Assembly (NCBI GenBank): GCA_041687695.1
Contig: JAWLBL010000006.1
Span: 96,001-160,000, forward strand
Direction of reading: 5' to 3'
DNA length: 64,000 bases
From: Myxococcota bacterium
Lineage (GTDB): Bacteria; Myxococcota_A; UBA9042; PHBI01; JAWLBL01
A model generated the notes under the pieces. That model was not told the DNA's origin. It saw only the letters and a program-made list of their open reading frames with translations, and ran no database searches. The stretch's first letter is position 1; every line of letters begins with the position of its first letter. Position numbers and translations under genes: made by a program. Shown piece after piece: positions 35,815 through 51,106 of the stretch.

Positions 35815-36046
35815 CGTCGAGCTCCTCAACGTACGCACGCGCGGGCGCCCACTCGGGCACCACGGGTCAGGTTCACGTGACGTTATTGCGTCGCGTCAGT
35901 AACCCAATCACCGAAGGCCGTCCAGATCAAGGGTGTCCGTCCCTGTAGCCGCCGTGGGGAAACGGCGCGCGCTTCGCGCTTGCTGTTCTCGGCCCCGTCT
36001 CTAATGTTGGGCCCGTTCCTCGGGACCCCCGCGGTCAAGGAGACGC

Positions 36047-37414
36047 GTGATGCACAGCCCCAGAGCCCCGCGAGAGGTCGAGCTCGACCGGTCGATGACC
36101 TCCAGCGGCATCGAGCTGACGCCGGGCATGCCCATCTGCCAGACGGACCTCCCGCTCGACTGGTACCAGGCCGAGTTCAAGCCGTACGCCGAGGAGTACC
36201 TCGCGCTGCCGGACCGCACGCCCGAGACCGTCCTGCCCTGGATGGACCGCTACATCGTCCCCGCCCTCGAGCACTTCGGCGATCGCCTCATGCTGCTCGC
36301 TCACTATTACATGGGCGGCGAGATCGTGAAGCTGGTCGAGCGCTACGGCGGCCGCATCGCCGACAGCTACGAGCTGGCGCGGCAGGCCTTCCTGCACCCC
36401 GAGGTGACGACCTTCGTCGAGTCGGCCGTGCACTTCATGGCCGAGACCATCGCGCTGCTCAAGCACGACCACCAGGACGTGTGGATCACCAACCCCAAGT
36501 CCGGCTGCACGATGGAGGCCCTGGCCAAGGAGGCCATGATCGAGCCGGTCTTCGACGAGCTGCACGACCACTTCGGCGACGATCTGCTGGTGGTCGCCTA
36601 CATGAACACCAGCGGGCGCGTCAAAGCGATGGCGGGCCGCACCGGCGGCTCGGTCTGCACCAGCGCCAACGCCGGCCTCATCATGCAGTGGGCGCGGTCC
36701 AAGGGTAAGCGCATCTTCTTCGTGCCCGACCGCCACCTGGGCGAGAACTCGGGCCGCCAGGTCGGCATCTCGCCCGACCGGATGTACCTGTGGCCGGGCG
36801 GCTGGGCGGGCCGGCAGGTCCGCATCGACGCCATGACCCCGGCCGAGCGCCGCCGCCTCGAGGACAGCGAGCTCATCCTGTGGGACTCGTACTGCGGGGT
36901 CCACATGGTCTTCAAGCCGGCCCACGTCGACTACTGGCGCGAGCGCGACTACCGCGTGCTGGTCCACCCCGAGTGCACCCACGAGGTGGTCAGCGTCGCC
37001 GACGGCGCCGGCTCGACCAACTTCCTGTGGAAGGAGGTCATGACCGCGCCCGCGGGCAGCAAGTTCGCCATCGGAACCGAGGGCCACTTCGTCCGCAACG
37101 CCATCGACCAGGCCCGCCGCCGCGGCGTCGACATCGTCAACCTCGCCGACATCCCCGACCCGGCCTTCGGCGCCCTGGGCTGCGGCTGCGCGACCATGAG
37201 CCGCAACGACCCGCCGCACCTCGTCGCCATGCTCGATCTCTTGCGCAAGGGCACGCCCCCGGACCTCAACCGCGTCCTCGCCGGCGACGCCGTCGACGAG
37301 CGCTCCGGCTGGCGCGAGCGCCTCGACCCGACCAGCCGCGCCGAGCTGGCCGCCGACGCCCGCCGCGCCCTCGAGAAGATGATCGAGCTGACCGAGGCCG
37401 CCAAGAAGGCCTGA
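36047..37414 (+). CDS. nadA: Quinolinate synthase
   Basis: LAHYYM, ADSYELAR, VHFMAE, GCTME, YMNTS..VKA, VCTSANA, PDRHLGEN, YCGVH, VHPEC, IGTE, CATM. Confidence 0.93.
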   Translation: MMHSPRAPREVELDRSMTSSGIELTPGMPICQTDLPLDWYQAEFKPYAEEYLALPDRTPETVLPWMDRYIVPALEHFGDRLMLLAHYYMGGEIVKLVERYGGRIADSYELARQAFLHPEVTTFVESAVHFMAETIALLKHDHQDVWITNPKSGCTMEALAKEAMIEPVFDELHDHFGDDLLVVAYMNTSGRVKAMAGRTGGSVCTSANAGLIMQWARSKGKRIFFVPDRHLGENSGRQVGISPDRMYLWPGGWAGRQVRIDAMTPAERRRLEDSELILWDSYCGVHMVFKPAHVDYWRERDYRVLVHPECTHEVVSVADGAGSTNFLWKEVMTAPAGSKFAIGTEGHFVRNAIDQARRRGVDIVNLADIPDPAFGALGCGCATMSRNDPPHLVAMLDLLRKGTPPDLNRVLAGDAVDERSGWRERLDPTSRAELAADARRALEKMIELTEAAKKA

Positions 37415-37439
37415 GCCCTTTGGTCTTCATCTGAAAGTG

Positions 37440-37473
37440 CGAAGCCCCGGAGAGTGACCTCTCCGGGGCTTCG
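37440..37473. terminator. Intrinsic terminator, probably bidirectional
   Basis: Perfect 15-bp stem CGAAGCCCCGGAGAG-TGAC-CTCTCCGGGGCTTCG between convergent nadA and the Cys-rich gene. Confidence 0.85.
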
Positions 37474-37497
37474 TCGTTTCGTCTCAGCGAGTCGGGA

Positions 37498-38820
37498 TCA
37501 CGGGCACTGGCGCGGATTCAGGCCGGACGGGTCCGAATTGGCCAGGCCGGTGCCGCAGTTGTAATAGCCGCCGTTGGTGTCCCAACCGCAGGTCTGGCCG
37601 GCGGGGCAGGTGCCCTCGACCAGCGGCGGCGACTGGGTGTCGTCGCAGTACTTCAGGTAGTCGGTGGCGGCGCAGCAGCCCTCGTAGGTGACGCCGCCGC
37701 AGGGGTCGGTGCTGGTGACGCACTGGCCGGAGGCGTTGCAGGTCGCGCCGCCCGAGCAGGTGCCGCAGGTGCCGCCGCAGCCGTCGGAGCCGCACTGCTT
37801 GCCGCTGCAGCTGGGCGTGCAGGTCGAGACACACTGGCCCGTGGCGTTGCAGGTCGCGCCGCCCGAGCAGGTGCCGCAGGTGCCGCCGCAGCCGTTGGAG
37901 CCGCACTGCTTGCCGTTGCAGTTGGGCGTGCAGGTCGAGACACACTGGCCGATCTCGACGTCGCAGACGGTGCCGCCCGAACAGGTGCCGCAGGAGCCGC
38001 CGCAGCCGTTGTCACCACACTGCTTGAAGGTGCAGTCCGGCGTGCAGGTCGAGACACACTGGCCGGTGCCGGAGTTGCAGGAGGCGCCGCCCGAGCAGGT
38101 GCCGCAGGAGCCGCCGCAGCCGTCGTCGCCGCACTGCTTGCCGTTGCAGTCGGGCGTGCACGTGTCGTCGCAGAAGAACTCGAACGGGTCGCAGGTCGTG
38201 CCGCCGGGGCAGGTGCCGCAGGAGCCGCCGCAGCCGTCGGAGCCGCACTCCTTGAACTCGCAGTCCGGCTCGCAGCCGCCCACGCACTGGCCGGTGGCCG
38301 CGTTGCACGTGCCCTCGGCGCAGGTGCCGCAGGAGCCGCCGCAGCCGTTGTCTCCGCACTGCTTGCCGGCGCAGTCCGGCGTGCACGAGCCCGGGATGCA
38401 CAGGCCCAGCTGGCACGACTCGCCCGCGCCGCAGGTGCCGCAGGAGCCGCCGCAGCCGTCGTCGCCGCACTGCTTGGTCAGGCAGTCGGGCGTGCACGAG
38501 CCCGGCACGCACGCGCCGGCGCTGCAGAAGGTGCCCTCGCCGCAGGCGCCGCACGAGCCGCCGCAGCCGTCGTCGCCGCACGCCTTGCCGGCGCATTGCG
38601 CCGTGCAGGTCGTCGAGTCCGGCCCCGGCTCGGTCGTGTCCTGGTCCGTCGTGGTGTCGGTCTTGGTGTCCGCTTGCGGCGGCTGGCACACCGGATGGGT
38701 CGGGCTGGCCTGGCAGTCGACGAACCCGCCGCCGCCGCCGCCGCCAGGTGAGTCGCACGCGACGAGCATGAGGGCGGGCAGGGCGAGCGCCCCGAGGGCG
38801 ACGGTGAGCAGGCGTGACAT
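37498..38820 (-). CDS. Cys-rich tandem-repeat lipoprotein (CTPDCxGKQCGDDGCGGSCGTC repeats)
   Basis: LVAC lipobox, eight copies of the repeat, C-terminal CGGVTYEGCC...CGW...YYNCG...DPSG module. Confidence 0.85.
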   Translation of the reverse strand: MSRLLTVALGALALPALMLVACDSPGGGGGGGFVDCQASPTHPVCQPPQADTKTDTTTDQDTTEPGPDSTTCTAQCAGKACGDDGCGGSCGACGEGTFCSAGACVPGSCTPDCLTKQCGDDGCGGSCGTCGAGESCQLGLCIPGSCTPDCAGKQCGDNGCGGSCGTCAEGTCNAATGQCVGGCEPDCEFKECGSDGCGGSCGTCPGGTTCDPFEFFCDDTCTPDCNGKQCGDDGCGGSCGTCSGGASCNSGTGQCVSTCTPDCTFKQCGDNGCGGSCGTCSGGTVCDVEIGQCVSTCTPNCNGKQCGSNGCGGTCGTCSGGATCNATGQCVSTCTPSCSGKQCGSDGCGGTCGTCSGGATCNASGQCVTSTDPCGGVTYEGCCAATDYLKYCDDTQSPPLVEGTCPAGQTCGWDTNGGYYNCGTGLANSDPSGLNPRQCP

Positions 38821-38852
38821 GGGTAGAACCTCGACGGGTAAAGGTTGGTGGA

Positions 38853-40160
38853 TCAGTCGGTCGCGTCGTCCGCGGCAGCGTCGGGGGCCGCCGAATCGGC
38901 TTGGGTGACGTCCGCGGCGTCGGGTCCGAGGTCGTCGTCGGCGTCCGGCGTCGTGTCGACCGAGGCGTCGTCGGCGATCTCCTCGATGACCTCGGTCGCG
39001 CCGGCGTCGGGCCCAGGCTCGACGGCCTCGACAGCCTCGACGGCCTCGACCGGCTCGGGCCCGGGCTCGACCGCCTCGGGCCCGGGATCGGGCTGCACCA
39101 CGGGGTCACAGCCGATCGGGAACTGGCCGCTGGGGTCGGCCCCCTGGTGGCCGCAGTCGTAGTAGCCGGGGATCTCGGGGTTCCACCCGCAGCCGGCGGC
39201 GCCGCAGTCGAAGGTCTGGAGCTGCCCGTCGCCGTCGCACCAGGTCAGCACGGTCAGGTCGCAGCAGCCCTCGTAGGGCACCCCGCCGCACGCCTGGTCG
39301 ACGCACAGCCCGTCGGCCCCGCACGCCTGGCCCGCGGCGCAGCTGCCGCAAGACTGCCCGCAGCCGTCGTCGCCACACTGCCGCCCGACGCAGCTGCACG
39401 CCTGGCACTGCCCGGCCGCGGTGCAGAACTCGCCCTCGCTGCAGTCACCGCACGCGACGCCGCACCGGAAGCCGCACTCGCGCCCCGCGCACGGGGCCTC
39501 GCAGCTCTCGCCCGGGCACAGCCACGGCAGCGCGCCGCTGGGCTCCGGCCGCGCCTCGGCCATGCAGTCGTAGTAGCCCTCGGCGGGGTTCCAGCCGCAC
39601 GCCGGGAACTCGGTCCCGGCCGCGCAGGCCAGCTCCGCCAGCTGCCCGTCTTCGGCGCAGAACAGGACCGATCCCGCCGCCGTGCAGCATCCGTCGTAGC
39701 CGACCGCTCCGCATTGCGGCTTGGGCTTGCAGGTGGCGTCGCTGGCGCAGATCTGGTCCGCAGGACAGGTGCCGCACACGTTGCCGCACGCGTCCTGTCC
39801 GCAGTCCTTGCCCGCGCACTTGGGCGGCGCGGCGCGGCCGCCCTGGCAGACGCCGGCCTGGCAGGTCTCCTGGATGCGGCACAGCCCGCCCGTCGCGCAG
39901 GGCGTCCCGTCGGGTCGCGGCGACAAGGCGCAGAACCCCGCCGCGGTGTCGCAGACCGGCGTGGTGCACGGGTCGCCCGCCAGCGCGGCGCAGTCCCCGT
40001 CGGCGCTGCACGCCACCGGGCCCGAGGCGTCCACGTCGCCGTGGCCGTCGGGGCGGTCGCGGCCGTCGTCCTCGTCGGGTGGATCGGGGCACGCGGCCAG
40101 GGCGGCGGCGGCCAGGGCGCAGGCGACGAGGCGGGCCAGGGTTGCGGGCGAGAGTGACAT
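38853..40160 (-). CDS. Cys-rich lipoprotein with C-terminal acidic tail
   Basis: LAAC lipobox. Two Y(D/E)GCC...CGWNP...YYDC modules of the same type as in the neighbouring gene. Confidence 0.8.
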   Translation of the reverse strand: MSLSPATLARLVACALAAAALAACPDPPDEDDGRDRPDGHGDVDASGPVACSADGDCAALAGDPCTTPVCDTAAGFCALSPRPDGTPCATGGLCRIQETCQAGVCQGGRAAPPKCAGKDCGQDACGNVCGTCPADQICASDATCKPKPQCGAVGYDGCCTAAGSVLFCAEDGQLAELACAAGTEFPACGWNPAEGYYDCMAEARPEPSGALPWLCPGESCEAPCAGRECGFRCGVACGDCSEGEFCTAAGQCQACSCVGRQCGDDGCGQSCGSCAAGQACGADGLCVDQACGGVPYEGCCDLTVLTWCDGDGQLQTFDCGAAGCGWNPEIPGYYDCGHQGADPSGQFPIGCDPVVQPDPGPEAVEPGPEPVEAVEAVEAVEPGPDAGATEVIEEIADDASVDTTPDADDDLGPDAADVTQADSAAPDAAADDATD

Positions 40161-40274
40161 CGGGTCTCGACAGGGGGCGCGTGTGCCGCCCCCGGAAGCA
40201 AGGGCGCGCAATCTAGCGAAGCGGACCGGGCGGGCGCAAGGCCGGCGGCGGCATCCGGCGCGGGCCGCCCGCGC

Positions 40275-41087
40275 TCAGGGCACGATCACGGTGCCGACCG
40301 AGCCGGGATCGGCGACCTCGGCCGGCCACGCGCCCGGCTCGAGCCCGCTGGCGATCTGCACGGAGGCGACGCCCGCGGCCAGGGCGGCGGCGGCCTCCTC
40401 GACCTTGGGGATCATCCCCTCGCGGATGGCGCCCTCGGCGATGAGGGCGCGCGCCTCGGCGACCGTCATGCGGCCGATGCGCGACGCGGGGTCGGCGGCG
40501 TCGCGACGGACCCCGTTGGCGCCCGTGAGCAGCAGCAGGCTACGCGCGCCCAGGGCAGCGGCGATGGCCGCGGCGGCCGCGTCGGCGTTCACGTTGTAGA
40601 TCTGCCCGTCGCGCCCCACCGCCAGCGAGCTGACGCAAGGTGTCCAGCCGCCCTCGAGGACGTGCGCCACCAGCCGCGTGTCGACCGAGACGATCTCGCC
40701 CACCAGGCCCAGGTCGGCGTCGGGCGCGCCCGCCAGGCGAGACTCGGGTCCGCCGCGGCGCACGGCCGTCAGCAGCCCGCCGCCCACGCCCGAAAGCGCG
40801 ACCGCCGGCACGCCCGCCCGCACAAGCGCCGCCTGCAGATCCAGCGCCGCCTGCCCGGCCAGCGCCATCTTCACGACCTCCAGCGTCTCGGGGTCGGTCA
40901 CCCGCTGCCCGCGCACCCGCGTCGCCACCAGCCCCAGCCGCTCCTGCAGCCGGCTCGCCTGCGGCCCGCCCCCGTGCACCACCACCAGCGCCTGCCCGGC
41001 CGCCCGCGCCGCCCGCACGTCCTCGGCGAACCGGTCGCACGCCGCCCGGCTGTCCACCACCTCGCCGCCCACCTTCACCACGATCAT
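40275..41087 (-). CDS. argB: Acetylglutamate kinase
   Basis: MIVVKVGG, VVHGGGPQ, GQRVTD, DLGLVG, YNVNAD, GMIPKV. Confidence 0.9.
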   Translation of the reverse strand: MIVVKVGGEVVDSRAACDRFAEDVRAARAAGQALVVVHGGGPQASRLQERLGLVATRVRGQRVTDPETLEVVKMALAGQAALDLQAALVRAGVPAVALSGVGGGLLTAVRRGGPESRLAGAPDADLGLVGEIVSVDTRLVAHVLEGGWTPCVSSLAVGRDGQIYNVNADAAAAAIAAALGARSLLLLTGANGVRRDAADPASRIGRMTVAEARALIAEGAIREGMIPKVEEAAAALAAGVASVQIASGLEPGAWPAEVADPGSVGTVIVP

Positions 41088-41152
41088 CCGCGCGCCTCCC
41101 GCAGGGCCGTTCACGTGGACCCCCGCCGCGCGGTGGTGTACCACGGGGCTCC

Positions 41153-42955
41153 GTGCGAATCACCGACGCCCTGCGCTACCGCCCCATCGTGGGCTGCGAC
41201 CTCGCCGACGACGGCCGCCGCGTCGCCATCGCCTACCCCCGCTACGTCCCCGGCCAGCCCGAGCGCCCGGTCACCCTCGAGGTCGCCGACCTCGACGCGC
41301 CGTCCCTGCGCTGGACCCGCCCCGCCCCGGACCCCGCCGTCCGCAGCCGCTACCAGCCGGTCTTCGCGCCCGACGGCCGGCGCCTGGCCTGCTTCCAGGT
41401 CACCGGCACCGCTCTGGGCGCCGCCCTCCTCGACGCCGCCCAGCCCGACCGCCCGGCCACCGTCCTCGCCTCGCTCCCGCCAGCCGCCGCGGCCCTGAAG
41501 TGGCGCGGCCCCGACCCGACCTGCCTCGGCGAGGACCCCGCCGGCTACCGCCGCGTCTTCGCCTGGGCCGACCCCGGCCGCCCCCCGGTCCCGCTGACCG
41601 CCGAGGGCGTCCACGCCGGCGACTTCGCCTTCAGCCCCGGCGGCGCCCGCCTCGCCTGGCTGCCCCTGCCGCCCCTGGGCCTGCCCGGCCAGCCCGAGCC
41701 CCCGACGCCGCTGCACGTCACCGACGCCGACGGCCGCCACGGCCGCACCGTCCGCCTGCCCAACCAGCCCCTCGGCTGGCTCGCCTGGTCCCCCGACGGG
41801 CGCCTGCTCGCCTGGCTCGGCCGCTCGCGCGCCCAGCGCCTGTCCACGCGCCAGCTCTGGGTGGCCTCGCCCGACGACCCGTCCACCGCCCGGTGCCCCA
41901 CCCGCGCCCTGCCGGGCTGGATCACCGGCTTCGACTGGCTGCCCGACGCCTCGGGCCTGGTCGTCGCCGTCGTCCAGGGCACCTACGGCCGCCTGTACCG
42001 CTGCCCCCTGGACGGGCCGCCGACCCCGCTCGGCCCGCGCGAGCGCTACCTGTCCGCGCCCCACGGCGACCGGTCCCGCGGCCGCCTGGCCTTCCTCGAC
42101 CAGGACGGCGGTACGCCCCAGCGCCTGTGCCTGCTCGAGCCCGGCGCCGCCCGCGCGCGCCCGCTCACCCGCCTGCACCGCAGCCTGCCCGCCGGCCTGC
42201 GCCCCGCCGAGACCGTCACCTGGACCGCCGTCGACGGCACCCGCCTCGACGGCGTCCTCGTCCGCCCCGCCGCGCCCGGCCCGGCGCCCCTCGTCGTCTG
42301 GCTCCACGGCGGTCCGGCCGAGCACGTCGCCCGCACGTTCTCACCGTACTTCCAGACCTTCGCTGCCGCCGGCTACGCGGTCTTCGCGCCCAACTACCGC
42401 GGCTCGACCGGCCGCGACGACGCCTTCTTGCGGGCCAGCGTCGGGGATCTGGGCGGCGCCGACGGCGACGACGTCCTGTCGGGCATCGACCGCCTGGTCC
42501 AGATGGACGTCGCCGACCCCGGCCGCGCCGCGCTGGTCGGCTGGTCCTACGGCGCCACCCTGGCGCTGCTGCTGGCGACGCGCTCGTCCCTGTTCCGCGC
42601 GGTCGTCGCCGGCGCCCCGGTCGCCGACTGGGTGTCCTTCTTCGGCTCGCCCCAGGTCTCGGGCGTCTACGGCGAGTACTTCGGCGCGCCCCTGTGGGAG
42701 GACCGCGCCCCCTACGACCGCGCCTCGCCCATCAGCCACGCCCGCCGCCTGGACGTGCCGACGCTGCTGCTGCACGGCGGCGCCGACCCCATCGTGCCGC
42801 CGGCGCACGCGCGGCTGCTCTACCGCGCGTTGGCCGCCCGAGAGGTCCCCACCGACCTCATGGTCTACCCGGCCGAGGGGCACGTCCTGTCGGGGAGCGC
42901 GGCGGTCGCGGACATGCTCGGGCGCGTGCTGGAGTGGCTGGGACGGTACGTCTGA
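41153..42955 (+). CDS. S9-family serine peptidase (beta-propeller + alpha/beta hydrolase)
   Basis: WSPDG-type repeats, HGGP, PNYRGSTG, GWSYG, HGGADPIVP, YPAEGH. GTG start at 41153 is inferred. Confidence 0.9.
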   Translation: MRITDALRYRPIVGCDLADDGRRVAIAYPRYVPGQPERPVTLEVADLDAPSLRWTRPAPDPAVRSRYQPVFAPDGRRLACFQVTGTALGAALLDAAQPDRPATVLASLPPAAAALKWRGPDPTCLGEDPAGYRRVFAWADPGRPPVPLTAEGVHAGDFAFSPGGARLAWLPLPPLGLPGQPEPPTPLHVTDADGRHGRTVRLPNQPLGWLAWSPDGRLLAWLGRSRAQRLSTRQLWVASPDDPSTARCPTRALPGWITGFDWLPDASGLVVAVVQGTYGRLYRCPLDGPPTPLGPRERYLSAPHGDRSRGRLAFLDQDGGTPQRLCLLEPGAARARPLTRLHRSLPAGLRPAETVTWTAVDGTRLDGVLVRPAAPGPAPLVVWLHGGPAEHVARTFSPYFQTFAAAGYAVFAPNYRGSTGRDDAFLRASVGDLGGADGDDVLSGIDRLVQMDVADPGRAALVGWSYGATLALLLATRSSLFRAVVAGAPVADWVSFFGSPQVSGVYGEYFGAPLWEDRAPYDRASPISHARRLDVPTLLLHGGADPIVPPAHARLLYRALAAREVPTDLMVYPAEGHVLSGSAAVADMLGRVLEWLGRYV

Positions 42956-43062
42956 GGCCGTGGCCGTGGCCGTGGGGCCGTGGCCGTGGCGGAGGCCGCA
43001 GCCGTGAGCGTGGCCGTGGCCGTGGCGGAGGCCGTGGCCGTGAGCGTGGCCGTGAGCGTGGC
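42956..43062. repeat. Intergenic hexamer tandem repeat (GGCCGT)n with variants
   Basis: About 17 imperfect GGCCGT/GAGCGT/GGCGGA units between convergent genes. Confidence 0.85.
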
Positions 43063-43073
43063 TCGGACCGACG

Positions 43074-44279
43074 CTAGCTGCAGCGCTCCTGGCCGCGCGG
43101 GCACTTGAAGCGGACGTGCATGTGGGCGTCGTGGCCGGGCTCGTGGCGGATCATGCCGTGCATGGCGCGCTTGCCGTGGGGGTACTGGAACATGCGCGAC
43201 AGGGTGCGCTCGGGGACGCCCTTCTTCTTGGCCCACTCGTAGAGGATCTTCTGAACCCGGTAGTTCATGAAGATGTACTCGACGCGCGAGGCGCGGGGGT
43301 TGTCGCCGATGAGCGCGGTCAGCAGGGTCCAGGTGGCCTCGAAGTCCAGCGGGTTGCGGTCGGCGCGGATGAAGGCCTTGGGGCCCTGGCGGGGCTGGTT
43401 TTGGAAGTAGTAGCCGATGTCGGCGTCGCGGCCCGACTGGTGCGACTTGTGCGGCGGGATGCGGCCGCCGTCCTTGGCCGACAGGTCCCCGATGGCCAGA
43501 TCGTGCACCTTCGGGTGCTTCTGCTTGACCTCGGCGATGGTGTTGAGCAGGTGCGTGACCGTCTCGTTGGTCGCCCAGGCGCGGTGCGGGCGGCGCCGGT
43601 AGTAGCCCGGGCCCGCGGGCAGCTGCTCGGCGTTGACCAGCTTGCCGTCCTGCGGGCGGCCCACGGTCTTGCTGCGCTCGGCCGGCCCCTCCATGTATAG
43701 GCTGATGCGGTCGCCGATGCGCAGGCGCTTGGGGTCTTTCTTGGGGTTGAGGCCCTGGATCTCGGTGACGCTCATCCCGAAGCGATGGGCGATGCCGCTC
43801 AGCGTGTCGCCGGACTCGATGGTGTAGACGAACTTGCGGCGCTCGCGCAGGGGCAGCGCGGTCTTGATCTTGAGGTCCTGCCCGACCCGGATGACGTCGC
43901 CCTTGAGGCGGTTGCGGGCCCGGATGTCGGCCACCGAGTCGCCGTAGCGGGCGGCGATGGCCCCCAGGGTCTCGCCCGGCAGCACCGTGTGGGTCACCGT
44001 GCGGGCGCCGCCTTCCTTGGCGGGCCCCTTGCACGTCGGGATGTCCAGCTTCTGGCCGATGGTGATGAGGTCGCCGGAGAGCTCGTTGGCGGTCTTCAGC
44101 TCGTCGACCGTGCAGCCGTGCTTGTGGGCGATGCCACCCAGGGTGTCGCCGCTGGCGACCTCGTAGACGGCCACGGGACGGGGCGTGCGCTTTTTCGGGC
44201 GGCTCGCCGCGGGGGGCGCGGGCAGGGCGACCAGCAGGGTCACCAGCGCGGCCGCGAGGCGCCGGGGCGTCGCGTTCAC
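43074..44279 (-). CDS. Three LysM domains + penicillin-insensitive murein endopeptidase (MepA-like)
   Basis: YEVASGDTLGGIA, HTVLPGETLGAIA, YTIESGDTLSGIA; IGDLS..GG...HKSHQSGRDAD, HDAHMHVR. N-terminal signal-like segment. Confidence 0.88.
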   Translation of the reverse strand: MNATPRRLAAALVTLLVALPAPPAASRPKKRTPRPVAVYEVASGDTLGGIAHKHGCTVDELKTANELSGDLITIGQKLDIPTCKGPAKEGGARTVTHTVLPGETLGAIAARYGDSVADIRARNRLKGDVIRVGQDLKIKTALPLRERRKFVYTIESGDTLSGIAHRFGMSVTEIQGLNPKKDPKRLRIGDRISLYMEGPAERSKTVGRPQDGKLVNAEQLPAGPGYYRRRPHRAWATNETVTHLLNTIAEVKQKHPKVHDLAIGDLSAKDGGRIPPHKSHQSGRDADIGYYFQNQPRQGPKAFIRADRNPLDFEATWTLLTALIGDNPRASRVEYIFMNYRVQKILYEWAKKKGVPERTLSRMFQYPHGKRAMHGMIRHEPGHDAHMHVRFKCPRGQERCS

Positions 44280-44418
44280 TGGCCTCTCCGTCTCTAAAAG
44301 GGCTGATGATCCAAGGGCATCGGCGCGAGCATGGCGGCGCCGATCCGAGGTGTCCAATCTTTTCGACGGCCTCGGATCCCGCTCGGATACGGGTCCGCCG
44401 CGATGGGCGATCGGTGGG

Positions 44419-44441
44419 CGCTGTATAGCCGCTTTACAGCG
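44419..44441. promoter_or_regulatory. Palindromic site CGCTGTA-N9-TACAGCG in a divergent promoter region
   Basis: 7-bp perfect inverted repeat in a relatively AT-rich gap between divergent genes. Confidence 0.35.
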
Positions 44442-44468
44442 AGGTGACAACCCAATAGGCTGCCGCGG

Positions 44469-49469
<5,001 letters not shown>

Positions 49470-49558
49470 CCGCGAGGCTCGCGCCCCCCCCCGTTTGCAC
49501 CTCCGTCCCCGCGGCGGCTACCCTGTCGGCCTCGCCGCCCGCCCTGGGAGAGACCACC

Positions 49559-51106
49559 GTGGACCGCCGCCGCTTTCTGGAAGTCATGGGCACGACCGGC
49601 CTCGCCGCCGGGGTCGGGCTCGCGGGCGGCCTGTTGACGGGCGGCCGCGCCCGCGCCGCCCCGTGGGGCGAGTATCCGGGCGGCGAGGCGCAAGCCGGGC
49701 TGCTGCCCGAGGGCGTCCGCGCACAGCGCGTGCTGGAGGTCTTCCTGTACGGGGGGCTGAGCCCCTGGGAGACCTTCTACTGCGTGCCGGGGTATGGGAC
49801 GCCCGAGGACCCGCAGTACCCGAACGAGCAGTTCTGGACCTTCCAGTCGGGCGCCAACGGCGTCGAGCCGGTGGTCGCCGACTGCGGCTACGACACGACC
49901 CAGCTGCTGACCGAGCCCTTCGCCACCGACGCGCAGGGCGTCGAGGTCCACTTCGGCCCCTTCGTCCAGCCGCTGCGGGCACGGCCCGACATCACGGACC
50001 GCCTGCGCGTCCTCGTGCAGCGCCACGATCTGGAGCCCCACGAGGCCGCCATCCCGCTGGCCCTGTCCGGCCGCTTCCTCGGCAACCCCAAGCTCGCCGG
50101 CCTCGGCGCCGCCATCGCGCAGTACTGGAACCAGCGCGCCGCCGTCGCCGTCCCGCCGCCGTTCTCCTACGTCCTGTACCCGACCGGCGTCTTCCCCACC
50201 GACAACCTGCGCGCCGCCTCGGCCGTCGGCATGATGCCCGCCAGCGCCCGCCCGCTCGCCATCAAGCTCGAGGCCAGCTCCTCCCTCGGCCAGACCCTGG
50301 CCCGCCAGACCGTCGGCGACCTCCGCGCCGACTACGACGCCCTGGTCGGCCACTACCGCGGCCGCATGGTCGCCCGCTACACCCGCCCCGGCCACGACGT
50401 CCCGGTCCGCAGCCCGGCCCTGACCGACTTCCTCTTCTCGTCGGGCACCCTGCAGAGCACCGACCAGCTCGGCGCCATCCTGCCGCCCGAGCTGCTCGCC
50501 AAGGTCGGCGGCTCGGCCTGCGGCAAGGACAGCGGCCTCGACACGCCCGGCATGGGCATGAAGCTCGCCGCCCACCTCCTGACCCACCCCACCGCCCCGG
50601 CGCGCTACGTCTGCCTGGTCGACGGCGGCCTCATCCCGGCGACCGGCGGCGGCGGCTACGACACCCACACCGATCACACGCGCGACCAGGCCCGCAACCT
50701 CTGGCACACGCTGACCCACCTCACCAGCGTCATCAACGCCCCCGGCGAGGACGACCCCGCGAAGATCTCGCTCGACGACACGCTGGTCATCCTCAACACC
50801 GAGTTCGGCCGCACGCCCTACCCGCAAAACGGCAACGGCCGCAACCACCACCCCTACGGCTACGTGACCGTGATGTTCGGCGGCCCCATCGGCCCCGCGC
50901 AGCGCGGCATCGTCGGCAGCATCGGCCCCGACAGCCTGGCCCAGAGCTGGGTGACCCCGTCCGAGGCGCGCGCCGCCGCCCTGGTCGCCATGGGCATCTG
51001 GCCCTTCGAGCCCGAGGCCTTCGCCGTCGGCGACGTGCGCGACGTCGCCAGCGAGGCCGAGGCCGCCGCCTGGCTCAAGGCCGTCGTCCTGGGTCACCCA
51101 ACATGA
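49559..51106 (+). CDS. Tat-exported DUF1501-family protein
   Basis: DRRRFL twin-arginine signal, LEVFLYGG.S, GYDTH, DDTLVILNTEFGRTP, GRNHHP. Confidence 0.85.
   Translation: MDRRRFLEVMGTTGLAAGVGLAGGLLTGGRARAAPWGEYPGGEAQAGLLPEGVRAQRVLEVFLYGGLSPWETFYCVPGYGTPEDPQYPNEQFWTFQSGANGVEPVVADCGYDTTQLLTEPFATDAQGVEVHFGPFVQPLRARPDITDRLRVLVQRHDLEPHEAAIPLALSGRFLGNPKLAGLGAAIAQYWNQRAAVAVPPPFSYVLYPTGVFPTDNLRAASAVGMMPASARPLAIKLEASSSLGQTLARQTVGDLRADYDALVGHYRGRMVARYTRPGHDVPVRSPALTDFLFSSGTLQSTDQLGAILPPELLAKVGGSACGKDSGLDTPGMGMKLAAHLLTHPTAPARYVCLVDGGLIPATGGGGYDTHTDHTRDQARNLWHTLTHLTSVINAPGEDDPAKISLDDTLVILNTEFGRTPYPQNGNGRNHHPYGYVTVMFGGPIGPAQRGIVGSIGPDSLAQSWVTPSEARAAALVAMGIWPFEPEAFAVGDVRDVASEAEAAAWLKAVVLGHPT

Noticed and set aside
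44419..44441. LexA/SOS box
   Set aside because: CTGT and ACAG are separated by 11 nt rather than the 8 nt of the E. coli-type box. Kept only as an unassigned palindrome.
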